Part shown: positions 1 to 11,299 of the stretch, piece after piece | Position numbering within the stretch: the stretch's first letter is position 1 | Layout: every line of letters starts with the position of its first letter | NCBI GenBank assembly: GCA_004431415.1 | Contig: QPMI01000667.1 | Coordinates: 32,031-96,030, forward strand | Direction of reading: 5' to 3' | DNA: 64,000 bases | Source of the DNA: Cyanophora paradoxa CCMP329 | Lineage: Eukaryota > Plantae > Glaucophyta | Made by a program: the position numbers and the translations under genes | Notes under the pieces: model-generated | Told to the model about the DNA's origin: nothing | Databases searched by the model: none | What the model saw: only the letters and a program-made list of their open reading frames with translations

Positions 1-680
1 GGGCCCTCCTCGCCGCCCTCTGCCAGCGCCAGGGCCGCCTCGACGACGCCGAGGCCCTCTACACCGTACCCCGCCCTCCCTCTCCCCGGCCCTTTAAGGC
101 TTCCCCCTCGCTGACGGGGCGCAGCGGGCGCTGGAGGGGCGGGAGCGTGCGCTGGGGGCGGGCCACCCCGAGGCGGCGCAGACGTGCGCGGCGCTCGCCG
201 AGCTCTGCCGCCTCCGCGGCGACGCCCCCCGCGCCGAGGCCCTCTACCAGGCGCCCCGCCCCGCGCCCCCGGCCCCCTCCTAGCCCTGCCTGCGGCCCTG
301 ACGCCTCCCCGGCGGCAGCGGCGATCACGGCGCTCGAGAGCGCGCTGGGGGCGCCCACCCGGACCTCGCCGACGCCCTCCTGGGGTACGGCTCCTTCCTC
401 CTCTGGGCGGGGCGCCCCGCCGAGGCCCCCGCCGCCCTGGAGCGGGCGCTGGGGGCCCTGGAGGAGATCCTCGGGGCGGGGCACGCGGAGACGCGCGCCG
501 CGGCGGGGCGGCTGGCGGAGGCGTGGGAGGCCCTCGGCAGGGGCCCCGAGGCCGCCGCCCTCCGCGCCCGCTACCCCGCGCCCCCGCCCGCTTAGCCGCG
601 CCCCGCCGCTCTCGTCGGTGCCGCAGCCCGGCTGCAGATGCCGGCGCTGTACGAGTTTTCATAGCGCCAATACACTGTGA
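1..680 (+). CDS. TPR-repeat protein (kinesin-light-chain-type TPR), 3' part; 5' end lies outside the window
   Basis: Spliced translation gives ALLAALCQRQGRLDDAEALYT|RALEGRERALGAGHPEAAQTCAALAELCRLRGDAPRAEALYQ|...HPDLADALLGYG...LEEILGAGHAET, the repeated LG.xHP..A pattern of KLC-like TPRs. There are frameshifts in G/C runs and the end is approximate. Confidence 0.6.
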   Translation, partial: ALLAALCQRQGRLDDAEALYTVPRPPSPRPFKASPSLTGRSGRWRGGSVRWGRATPRRRRRARRSPSSAASAATPPAPRPSTRRPAPRPRPPPSPACGPDASPAAAAITALESALGAPTRTSPTPSWGTAPSSSGRGAPPRPPPPWSGRWGPWRRSSGRGTRRRAPRRGGWRRRGRPSAGAPRPPPSAPATPRPRPLSRAPPLSSVPQPGCRCRRCTSFHSANTL

Positions 681-870
681 CAGGTTTTATTAGCCTAGTG
701 ACGCCAATATTAGTACGGATTTCAAGTTGAGTACCGTAGTCCTTAGTACCTATTAGTACGGACTTTTTTATTAGCGCCGGTATTATTCACGAGTATGGAT
801 TTCAAGTTTCTAGTCTAGTCAGAGTCGCTGTATCATAGTATTCGGATGCAAGGCTCCTAGGCCTAGCTAG

Positions 871-3659
871 TCAGCTATTCGATTGTATGAGAAAGTGCGG
901 GGCGGAATGGGCGCGCTCCGCCGCGTCCGGGTCGCGGAGAAAGGCGCGGCTGGCGCCGGGGCGGGCGGCCTCGAGGAAGACGAGGAGGGGGCCCCAGGCG
1001 TCGGCCGCAGCGTACTCGACCTGCCCCGCGCTCAGCTCTCCCGCCCCCCACGCGCTGCCCCCCAGCGTCAGCGAGGGAGGGGGGGCCGAGTTCGAGGCGG
1101 GCGGCGAGGGGGCACACCTGCGGGCGTGCTCCTTGCGGAGGGGGCGGGGGAGGGCGGGGGCGAGGAGGCGGGGGAGGGCGAGGGAGGGCCCCGAGTGGCG
1201 CAGGGCGAGGGCGCGCGCCGCGAGGGGCCCCGGCTGCGTCAGCTCGCACGCCACCCCGAGCCCCTCCCGCACCCGCCGCCCCTCCTCCCCGCTCAACACC
1301 CCGCCCTCGGCCGCCCCCGCCTCCTCCAGCACCGCCCCCAGCGCCCCGGGGGCGCCCCCCAGCGCGCACGTGCGGAACAGCGCGCAGACGTTGGGCGAGG
1401 CGACCTGCGCGGGGCGGGGCCGGCCGCCCGTGAGGGGCCGGCGGGACGCGTTGCGTGCGCGTGTGCACCTGCACGAGGGCGGTGGGGGCCGGCGGCTGGT
1501 CGCGGCCCGCCGACGGCGGCCACTCTGCGCGCTCTAAGCACAAGCGACGGGGGAGGCGGGTGGAGAGGGGGCGGAGCGGGCCACGCGGACCGAGGTCGAG
1601 GGCCAGGGCGCGGGGCAGGCCGGCCGCCGCCGCCGCCTCGAGGTCCTCCCTCAGCATGCGAACGGCCTCCTCGGGGCCGCCCGCCCGGGGCCGGCGGCGC
1701 CGTCGACGAGGAGGACGGCGCAGGCGAGGCGCAGCTCGGCATCGCCTCCACCTCCGCCTCCGTCGGCAGCTCCCGCAGGCCCGGCAGCAGCGCGAGGGAC
1801 TCGTCGGGGGCGGGCGGGGGCAGGGCCGGCCCCGGGGCGAGGGCGGCGAGGCGGGCGAGCTGGCGCTGGGAGAAGAGGCGCGCGGCGGGCAGGGCCGCCA
1901 GCAGGGGCGCCAGGGCCGCCTCGCGCCAGCCCTCGCCCCCGCCCCGGGGTCCGCCCCGCCACGCGCCCCGCGAAGGTCTCCAGCAGCGAGTAGAGCCGCT
2001 GCGCCGCCGCGGGGCCCGCCGCCGCCGCCGCCGGCAGCGCCGCCCGCAGCGCCGCCGCGGCGCGCTCGGCGGCCTCGGGGCGGAGGGAAGCGGTGGCGGC
2101 GGAGCGCAGGAGGGGCCCCGCCTCCGCCTCGGCGGCCTCGAGCTCGGGGCAGGCCGGCGGGCCCGCGGCCGGGAGCTCGCCGCGGGGCCCGAGGGCGGCC
2201 AGGAGCCGCTCGAGGTGGGCGCGCTGGCGCGAGGAGAGGCCGCCGGCGCCGAGCGCGAGGCGCGCCGCCTCGAGCGCCGCCGCTCGGAGGCGCCCGTCCG
2301 CCTCGCCGCCGGCCGCGAAGGGGTCCCCGAGGGCCGCCGCGAGGGCGTACAAGGGCTCCGCGCCGGCCCCCGCGCCGGCCGCCCGGGCCGCCTCCAGCGC
2401 GCGCCCGCCGCCTCCGCGCGCGCCCCGGCGCCCTTCGCCGCCCGCAGCGCCCGCAGCGCCGCGCGGAGCGCCTCTCCCGGCCCGCCGCCGCCGGCGGCGA
2501 CCGCTTTCGGACGGGCCGCCGCCGCCGCCGCGGCGCGGGCCCGGCGGAAGCTCGCGCCCATGGACATGAGCTGCGGGGGCGCGGTTGGAGGGCGCCAAGC
2601 GGGGCAGGCGCGGCGGCGGCGCGCGGCGCGCCTGCATGGCCCACTCGGAGGCGACGGTGCGCTGGAGCTGCCCGAGCGCCGGCGCCGCCCGACGGAGCAG
2701 CGCGAGGAAGGTCGCGGCGACGGCGAGCTTGCCTCCTCCCCCGCGGGGCCCGCCGCCGCCTCCCCGCCCCGCTCCGCCGCCAGCGCGAAGGCACGGGCGG
2801 CGAGGGCGAAGAGCAGCGCGCGGCAGGCCCCGCAGCAGCACGCCGGCGCCGCCAGCACGGCCGTCGCCGTCCCCTCGAGCTCCCGCAGCGGCAGCGCCCC
2901 GCACGCCGCCGGCGTGGCCCCCGCCAGCGCCGGCGAGGCGGCGGGGCAGCCGGGGACGGGCTCGGGGGGCGGGCCGGGGCGCCAGCGCCCCTCGTCGACC
3001 TCGCGGGGCAGCTGCCCGCGCTGCGGGTGATGCTTGGCGCAGTGCACGCGGCTGCAGCTGCGGTAGACGCAGCGCGTCGTCCGGAAGCAGGCCGGGTGGT
3101 AGAAGAGCTCGTTCGGGTTGCGCGCGAACGGGCACGCCGCGCCGTGCACGCACCGCATCCCCTCCCAGTTCTGCCGGCGCGCCGGGCTTGTGAGCAAAGA
3201 ACCGCTGCGCGGCGCAGGCGAGGCGGAGCGGACGTAGTCGAGGCAGAAGAACGGCTCGTACTGCTGCCAGGGCCGCCTCAGCTCGTACTGCGGTGAGGGG
3301 CAGCGTCTCAGGCGCGCGAGCGTTCACGGTAAATTAGCGCGCACATCCGCGTGAGCTCCAAAGCAAACGATCGCGGAAGGGCAACTCTTGCCCCTGCACA
3401 TCGACGTCTTGAAGTTCTCGATGTACTCGTCATCGGTCGTGGTCAGCCAGGGAGGCTCGCGACCCTCCAGAAAGCGTAGCGCCCGCTCCGCGAGCGCTCG
3501 ATCAGCCCTCTGAGGCTCGTCCTCCCTCTCGTCTTCATCGTCTGCCAGGTCGACCACCGCTGCAGCTGGACCCAGCGGCGCACGGGCTTGCTCGGCACCG
3601 GCTGACGTCGGCGCCGCCAGCGCATCCGCTCGTTTCGACCCGCCGCCTTTCCACTTCAT
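871..3659 (-). CDS. Unkempt/TZF-type tandem CCCH zinc-finger protein fused to a C-terminal DEDDy 3'-5' exonuclease domain (WRN-exo/RNase D/EXD-like)
   Basis: N-terminus: FKTSMCRGKSCPSAIVCFGAH|YELRRPWQQYEPFFCLDY|NWEGMRCVHGAACPFARNPNELFYHPACFRTTRCVYRSCSRVHCAKHH. C-terminus after splicing: ALALDLEWPP...TALVQV (ExoI DxEW) and WGAGELSAGQVEYAAADAW (ExoIII YxxxD). Confidence 0.7.
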
Positions 3660-3866
3660 CGTGTACAGCGCTCGCGTACAGCGCTCGCATCGCCTTCTTT
3701 CGAACTCTGTAGCCCACTCGGAGTTCTTCCCCCCTCTACTTTCTCGCGCTCCATTCTCGACAATCGGCTGCTGCAGAGCGTCCAGCACGCGCCGTGAGCG
3801 CTGCGCGCTGCGTCGGCCAGCCCGCTACCAGTCCAGCGTCGTGAGCTTCGCCTTCGTCGTAGCAAG

Positions 3867-6577
3867 ATGTTCAAGAAGAGCTTCACCGTCACCTCGCAGT
3901 CGCTCATTAGCGGCAAGGACGCCAAGAAGGTTCGCGTCCCGGCCGTCCCGCGCGATACCGCGCGTCCATCTGAGCGCGGCGCGTGCAGCTGAAGGCGTCG
4001 CTGCGGGAGAAGCTGCCTGGCGTGACCGAAGATGCCGTTAACGAGATTTTGCCCGGCAAGGGTGCGCTGCAAGTGCCGCCGCCGAAGTTGTCGGTGGGCA
4101 GCGGACTGACGCCGGGCCTCGCGAGCAGCGGACATCAATGCGGAGAAGCTGAGCAACAAGGCGATCGTATACGCGCACGCTGGCCAGGCGCCCGTCTGCA
4201 TCGACGCGGACGGGCGCGGGGACCTCTACCCGACGGTGTACGCGCTGTGGCAGCGGCCCGACATGCTCCCGCCCATCTTCATCTGGTACCCCGTCAGCGA
4301 GTACATTCTGAACGGCGCCGGCACGCGATCCCGCCCCCCGACCGCTCTCCGCGGGAGGCCGGCCCGCGAACGCGCGCGCTCGCAGACCTCATGCTGCCGG
4401 GCGTGGTCCAGGACGGGCACCTGCTGGCGGAGCCCTTCAAGAAGGGCCAGAAGCGCGCCGTCTTCGTCCGCGGCAACAGGCCCGCCCCCGCCCCCGCCCC
4501 CGCCCCCGCCCCCGCCGGCGCGCGCGCCGGGCTGACGTGCGGGGCAGGCACCCGATCGCGGTGGGGGAGATGCTGGTGGACAGCGCCGGCGTGGAGAAGA
4601 ACGGGTACCGGGGCAAGGGCATGCGCGTCGTCCACTTCTACCGCGACGGCGTCTGGTGCGCGCCCGCCCTCGACGGCCCCGGGGGGGGGCCGGGGAGGTG
4701 GCGTGAGGCGGGGGCGGCGGGCAGGGCGATGGGCCCGCGGACGGTGCCGAACGAGGGCTTCCTGGAGGCGCGCGTGGTGCCCGAGGCGGGCCCCTCGGAG
4801 GAGGACGACGCCGCGCACGCCGCCGCGATGGGCGCCGGCGGCGAGCACGGCGAGGAGGGCAGCGGCGGCAGCGGGGGCGAGGAGGAGGGGGCCGAGGGCG
4901 GCGACGGCGAGGCGGCCGGCAAGGGCGAGGCAGGGCCAAGGAGGAAGAGGCGGGCGCCCAGGAGGCCCCCGCCCCGCCGCTGCCTCGTCGTCGTCGGCGG
5001 CGCCGGCCGCGCCAGCCGCGGCGGCGGTGTCGGTGCGGGGGGGGGGGCGGTGGCGGGAGGCGGGGCGGGCTGAGGCGGGGGGCCCCGGCCCCGGGGCGGC
5101 GCAGGCGGAGGAGATGGACGCGCTGATGGAGACGAGCCTCCTCTTCGCCCTCAAGTTCCGCATCTCCGAGGACGGTCCGCCCGCCCCGCCCCGCCCCGCC
5201 CCCGCCCCGCTCGGGCGCTCGAGCGCTCAGCGGGGAGGCGCGGGCCAGAGCTGCCGATGAACGAGTCGACGCTCTACTCGAAGCACGTGCTGGCGTGCCG
5301 CCCCGCGGGGACGACCATCGACGTGAAGAAGTCCTCCTACAAGAAGCTCGGCAAGTTCCTGGACGCGATGGAGAAGCGCAAGCTGCTCAAGACGAAGGAC
5401 CAGCGGGGCACGACGAACGTCGTCTCGGTGAACAAGCAGCACCCGGACGTGGCGGCCTACGTCCCCAGGCATAAGCCGGCCGACGAGGCCGAGGCGCACG
5501 CCCACGCGCACGCCGGCGGCGGCGGGGGCGGCTCGGGGGAGGGCTCGGGGGCGGGGGCCGGGGCGAGCCGGGGGGCCCCCGTGATCACGGAGATGTACGG
5601 GCAGACGACGCTGACGAAGGCGGTCTTCGCGGCGACCCCGACCGGCTCCGCCCAGCAGCACTTCACCGCCAAGGAGGCCCGGCAGGTCGCCCCCGGCCCC
5701 GCGCCCGGCCCCCGCGGTCGCCGTCCCCGGGGCGAGGCGGCGGGGCCAGGTGATGATGGAGTACCTGGAGAAGGAGAACCTGCGGAAGGCGGAGGACCGC
5801 GGCCGCGTCGTGCTCGACGGGCCCCTCTGCGACGGTGCGCCACGGCCCCCGCGCCCCTCTCCGCTCTGCGCCCATCGCTCGCTCGCGCCCGGCAGCGCTC
5901 TTCAAGGGCGACAAGATCGCCGTCGCCGACATCCCCACGCACATGCGCATGGAGGACCTCATGGAGCGGTGCCCGCCCCCTCCCCGCGCCCCCCGCGCCC
6001 CCCGCGCCTCACCCGCCGCGCCCCGCGCAGCTTCCTCCACCGCCTGCAGCCGATGTACGCCATCGCCTTCGAGGGCAGCGGCGAGCGCCCGACGCTCAAG
6101 TGCGCGCCGCCCCGCGCCCCGCCGCCCTGCCCGCGGGCTTGGAGGCGAGGGACGGGCGCAGGAAGGGGACGGTGAAGCCGGTGCAGATCGTGACGGAGCA
6201 GCGGGGCGGGCGCAAGTACGTGACGCACGTCTCCGGCCTCGAGACCTTCGGGCTCGACCCCGAGGAGCTCTCCAAGGCGCGCCGGGCCCCCCGGGACCCC
6301 CCCGCCTGGGGCGCCGAGCGGGCGGGGCGGGGGCGGGGCGGCAGGAGTTCCAGCACCACTTCGCGTGCAGCTCGTCGACGGCGGAGCTGCCGGGCAAGTT
6401 CAACGCCAACCGCGAGGTCCTCGTCCAGGGTACCCCCTGCCCTCTGCCGGCTCCTGGCGGTACCCCCGCGCACTGGGCCGGGCAGGGCACGTGCTGAAGG
6501 AGGTGGGGGAGTATCTGCACGCCAAGTACCGCATCCCCCGCAAGTTCATCGAGGTGCAGGACAAGACCAAGAAGTGA
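3867..6577 (+). CDS. EIF2D: Eukaryotic translation initiation factor 2D (ligatin): PUA, SWIB and SUI1 domains; multi-exon
   Basis: MFKKSFTVTSQSLISGKDAKK; LYPTVYALW; NGADLMLPG; IDVKKSSYKKLGKFL; VQIVTEQRGGRKYVTHVSGLETFGLDP; EVLVQG; KYRIPRKFIEV. Confidence 0.93.
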
Positions 6578-6796
6578 GGCGCCCGGCCCCAGCTGGGCCC
6601 TCTAGGTCCCGTGTCAGCGGGAGTTGTTCGAATTCCTTCAATTTTGCACTCGTTCCCAGCGGAAGGACAGAGATGCGACTTCCGTGCTCTAAGCCGGCTT
6701 TCGGATCCCGAGTGCGTCGCTCAAGCCAGTGGCCAGTGGCGAGGGCATCGGCTCGAACTCCTTTGCGCGGTGGCCGGCACAGAGGAAGAGGGGGGG

Positions 6797-8071
6797 TCAG
6801 AGGGCGCGGTCGGCGCGGGAGGGGTGGCGGCGGGAGGGGTCGAGCTGCTCGTCCCAGGTGTGGACGCGGCGCCAGGAGCCGAGGGCCCCGACGTAGAGGT
6901 CGACGCGGGTGGAGGAGAGCTTGGGGCGCACCCAGGCGAGCTTGAGCCACGCCAGGTCGTACACCTCCACGTCCACCGAGATCCGCGCCAGCGGCGCCGC
7001 GATCGCCCCTGCCCCCGCCCCGGCCCCTCAGCGGGGCAGGCGCCGGCGGGGGCGCGGGGCGCGGGGCGGGACCGGCGATGCGGGCGGCGAAGTCGGCGCC
7101 GGCCTGGATGGGGACGGCGCGGGCGGCGCTCTCGGCGGCGCGGCGCGCCTCCTCGCGCACGTAGAAGTCGTGGAAGGTGCCGGAGGCCGGCCGCGAGAAG
7201 ACCGCCCACAGGCCCGCCACCGCGCACAGGAAGCCGGCCACCTGCCCCGGCACGCTCCCCCCATCAGAGGGGGCGGGGCGGGGCGCGGGGCCGGCTCGCC
7301 TCGCGGCCGAAGAAGTCGACGAGGAGGTTGAAAGCGACGGTGAGGATGGCGCTGCCGGCGGCGAGGCCCGCCACGGGGCTCCACTGCTTCGCCGACTCCT
7401 CCACGTCCACCGCCGGCGAGCCCGAGCCCGGCGACTCCGCAGCAGCGGCCGCCGCAGCCGCCTTCGTGTGCTCCGTCGGGATGAACCCCGCGCCCCTGAG
7501 GCTCGACTGCCGCCCCGCCCCCGCGCGCGTCTGAGCCGGCGCAGGCGCGGCATCCAGCGGCAGAGCTCTCAGCGTCGCACGAAAAAGTCTGCGTGGGCGG
7601 GGTCCTGCAGAAGGGCGAGCGCCGCCGCCACCACGCCGCCTGGGCCGCCGTCAGCTTCAACGCTAGGAGGATCACAAGCAGCGCTGCGATGCAGGCCCGC
7701 CGCCGCCGGCGGCGGCGGGTGGGCGCACCGGCGATGATGTATGCCGCACGGTACGCGGAGGAAGTCTGCGCATGCGCCGACGTCGAACTCGAGGAGCCTT
7801 CTGAACCCGACGACTCCCCATTCCTCCATCCGCCGGCCGCGGCCGCGGCCGTGGCCGCAGCGCCGCTGAACGAGCGCCGGACGGGCGTGTGCGCCGCTTG
7901 ATGCACCTGGGCTAGACATGATTTTCTCCGGCAAGTTACGTATGCAAACGGGCTCGCCGCCGCCGCACCGGCCGCCAGCATCGCAGGAGGCTGCAAGAGA
8001 GCTTGGCGTGCGGCCAGCGCCGGGGCGGCGGCGCGCAGCAGCCGTGCTGCCGTGTGCGAGCCGAGCGACAT
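6797..8071 (-). CDS. Hypothetical membrane protein with mitochondrial-type presequence
   Basis: Arg/Ala-rich N-terminus MSLGSHTAARLLRAAAPALAAR. Hydrophobic segments AILTVAFNLLVDFFG and VAGFLCAVAGLWAVFSRP. C-terminal VYDLAWLKLAWV...LYVGALGSW. Exons joined by eye. Confidence 0.55.
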
Positions 8072-8254
8072 CGCTGTTGTAGAGAGCTGACCGTCACTGT
8101 TGATCTCAGTTGATCGCTGTTGATCACAGTTGATCACTGTTGATGCTCGAACGGGGTACGCGAACAACGAAGCAGCAGTGCAAGCGCTCCTGCACTCAGG
8201 GGGACGTCTAGGGGCCGCTTCGACCATTTCCAAGCCGGTGCAGCCGCGCCGCGC

Positions 8255-10165
8255 ATGGCGCCGCCGAGCTGCAGCGCATGCGGGGGGCGGGCGGCGCTCC
8301 GGCGGCCAAAGACAGGCGACAGTCTGTGTCGAGACTGCTTCTTCGATGTGTTCGAGCGAGAGATCCACGAGACGATCGTCGAGAACCGCCTCTTCAGGCC
8401 CGGCGACCGCGTCGCCATCGCCGCGTCGGGCGGAAAGGGTGCGGGCCGCGCAAGAATACTTAGCTACGCGCTGCGCCGGCGCTCGCACCGAGCGGGTCGT
8501 TCCGGCCGCGCAGACTCGACGGTGCTGGCGCACGTCCTGACGACGCTGAACGAGCGGCACGGCTACGGCCTCGACCTCTTCCTCCTCTCCATCGACGAAG
8601 GTATCACAGGCTACCGCGACGACTCGATCGAGGCGCGCCCGCGCCCCGCGCGCGCCGCCGGCAGTCGGTCCCCGCCGACTGGTGGCCCGCACCGCAGACG
8701 GTGAAGCGCAACTCGGAGCAGTACCGCGTGCCGCTAAAGATCGTCTCGTACAAGGACCTCTACGGCTGGTCCATGGACGACATCGTCAAGGCCATCGGCC
8801 TCAAGAACAACTGTGCGCGCCCCGCGGCCGGCCCGACGGCCCGCGCCCTCGTCTCGCCTCCGAGAGCGCCGCGCGGCTCGCGCACGCAGGCACGTTCTGC
8901 GGCGTGTTCCGGAGGCAGGCGCTGGACCGCGGGGCAACGCTCATGAAGGCGGACAAGATGGCGACGGGCCACAACGCCGACGACGTCGCCGAGACCGTCC
9001 TCATGAACAGTGTGCCGCGCACGCGTACCCCTCCCGCGCACGCCCGACGCCGGACAGTCCTGCGGGGCGACATCGCGCGGCTGCGGCGGTGCACGAGCAT
9101 CGTGACGGGCTCCGAGGGCCACCTCCCCCGCTGCAAGCCCTTCAAGTTCACCTACGAGAAGGAGATCGTCATGTACGCTTGTTTCCTCCGCTCTTGCTTT
9201 TCTGTACCCCTGTTGGACCCTGATCCCAGGGGGGTACAGGTACGCCTATTTCAAGCGGCTCGACTACTTCAGCACGGAGGTTCTATCCTTGCAGCCCCCC
9301 CCCGTAAAGCGTACCCCCCTCCTGACGCCGGCCGCAGTGCGTGTACTCCCCGAACGCGTACCGCGGCTACGCGCGCGAGTTCCTCAAGGACCTGGAGGCG
9401 ATCCGCCCCGCCGCCATCATCGGTCCGCCTCGTACCCCGCCGGTGGCCTGTTCCGCGTGAACGCGGTACCCCCAGACGTGATCCGGTCGGGAGAGAGCTT
9501 CCAGGCGGACGAGGCGGCGCGCTCCGCCGTGCAGGGTGCGCCCCGCCCGGCCCCCTGTACCCCCGGGCCCCGGCGCCGGCTGACGGGGGTACAGGGCGGT
9601 GTGAGCGGTGCGGGTACATCGCGAGCCAGGCGCGGTGCAAGGCGTGCGTGCTGCTCGAGGGGCTCAACTCCGGCCTGCCCCGCACCGCCATCGGCACCTC
9701 CCGCAAGTACCGGTGCCCTGCTTCCGCCCACCCCCGCTCCCCCTGCCCTCAGAGCCGCGCCCCCCGAGCCGGCCTCGCGCAGCGGCGCGGCGCCAGCTAC
9801 TCCGGGCGGGTGCGGGGGCGCGGGGGAGGGCGGGTGCGGCGGGGACGGGGCGTGCGGGCGGGAGGGGCGGGGGCGGGGCGTTGCCGCGGCGGCTGCAGTG
9901 GCAGGCGCGGCGGCGCGGGCGGAAGGAGGCGCGCAAGGCCGCCGCCGCCGCCGGCTGCGGCGCGGCGCCGGCGGCGGCGGAGGAGGGGGAGGCGGAGGTG
10001 GAGGAGGGGGAGGGAGCCGAAGGCGGGCTGCTGGGCCTTCTGGCGGGGGGGGAGGGGCCGGAGCCGCCCGCCCCGGCACCGGGCCCCGCCCCGGCCCCCG
10101 CCCTGGGGCCCGAGCGGAGCAGACCGGTGCCCCCGCGGGGGGCGACCTCCATACACGACTGGTAG
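8255..10165 (+). CDS. CTU1: Cytoplasmic tRNA 2-thiolation protein 1 (Ncs6/ATPBD3)
   Basis: CxxC motifs, PP-loop [102 protein letters not shown]. Confidence 0.96.
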
Positions 10166-11299
10166 CCGCTGAGCCGCGCGGCCCTAGGCCTCCTTCCCCC
10201 TTCCCGACCTCGAAACTCGCCCCTCGCCTCCCCCCTGCCTCGGGCATCTCTATTCGCCTCCGTGCTCGATCGCATTCGACTTCAGGATTCCGGATCCTGC
10301 CTTAGAGCTGCAATCGCCACTCAGTGTGTGGCTAGTCTGATATCCGCCAATTGCCAAGTTGCGCACATGCATGCATATCATAGTATGCTCAGTCGCCCCG
10401 TGACATTAAATACACTGACATTCAGAACAATTCAAGGTCGAGGATATCGATCGGGCCGTATGGATATCAGAATATAAATTCCCTCCGAATCATCGAATCT
10501 CTAAATCTTCGATTCAAGCCTTGCAAGTTGAAGGCTTCTATCGACATCTACTACCGGCTTGAGGGCCCAGATTGCAGCTGCAGAGCCTACAAGGCTTCGA
10601 ATTCAAAGCTTAATTAAGCTTTGCCAAGTTTTGGAGCCTTCAAAGGCTTTGAAGAAAAAAATCATGAATAGAACTACAATGTTGAATGCGCGCCGTGGCG
10701 GTGCATAGACACAAGTGAACTTCGTAACACGGTAAATGTACACGTGATTTCGATACATATCTATACGTACACTGTGGGACGTACTACGGTAAAGAGTTGC
10801 TGAGCATGATGAGGTGTTCAAAAATACGGTAGTATCGTACTACATGATGAAACGCCACTGTGCCACCATCGGCCAGGGTGCTGTGACTGTAAATGAAAAA
10901 GGAATTAATGAACGGGATCGAAAAAGGTGGCTTGCCAGTCACTGAGTTGCCAAGTTGAGCTTATTCTACGGTAAATAGAAGCCAACATCTACTACTAGGC
11001 TAGGCTATCTAAGACCGGCCGAGGGGGAGAGAGACAACTTGGCAATTGGAATCTCAGACTCTGAGAGCGCGGATTTATGAAGGAAGCATCGCGGCACACA
11101 ATTGCAAGGAATTTAGTAACTCACTGAAGCATTGCCACGCGGCGGCACATTTCCAGTCATAAAACGCCTGTAGCTGGTATGGCAAGCAAGGAAGCGCTAG
11201 CCTGATCGATAGCGCAGTACGTGTACTACTAGGCTAAAGCTAGCGCTAGTGACTAAAGCAGGAAATTAGATGAAACAGCCGAAACGAAACGCCGACGGT

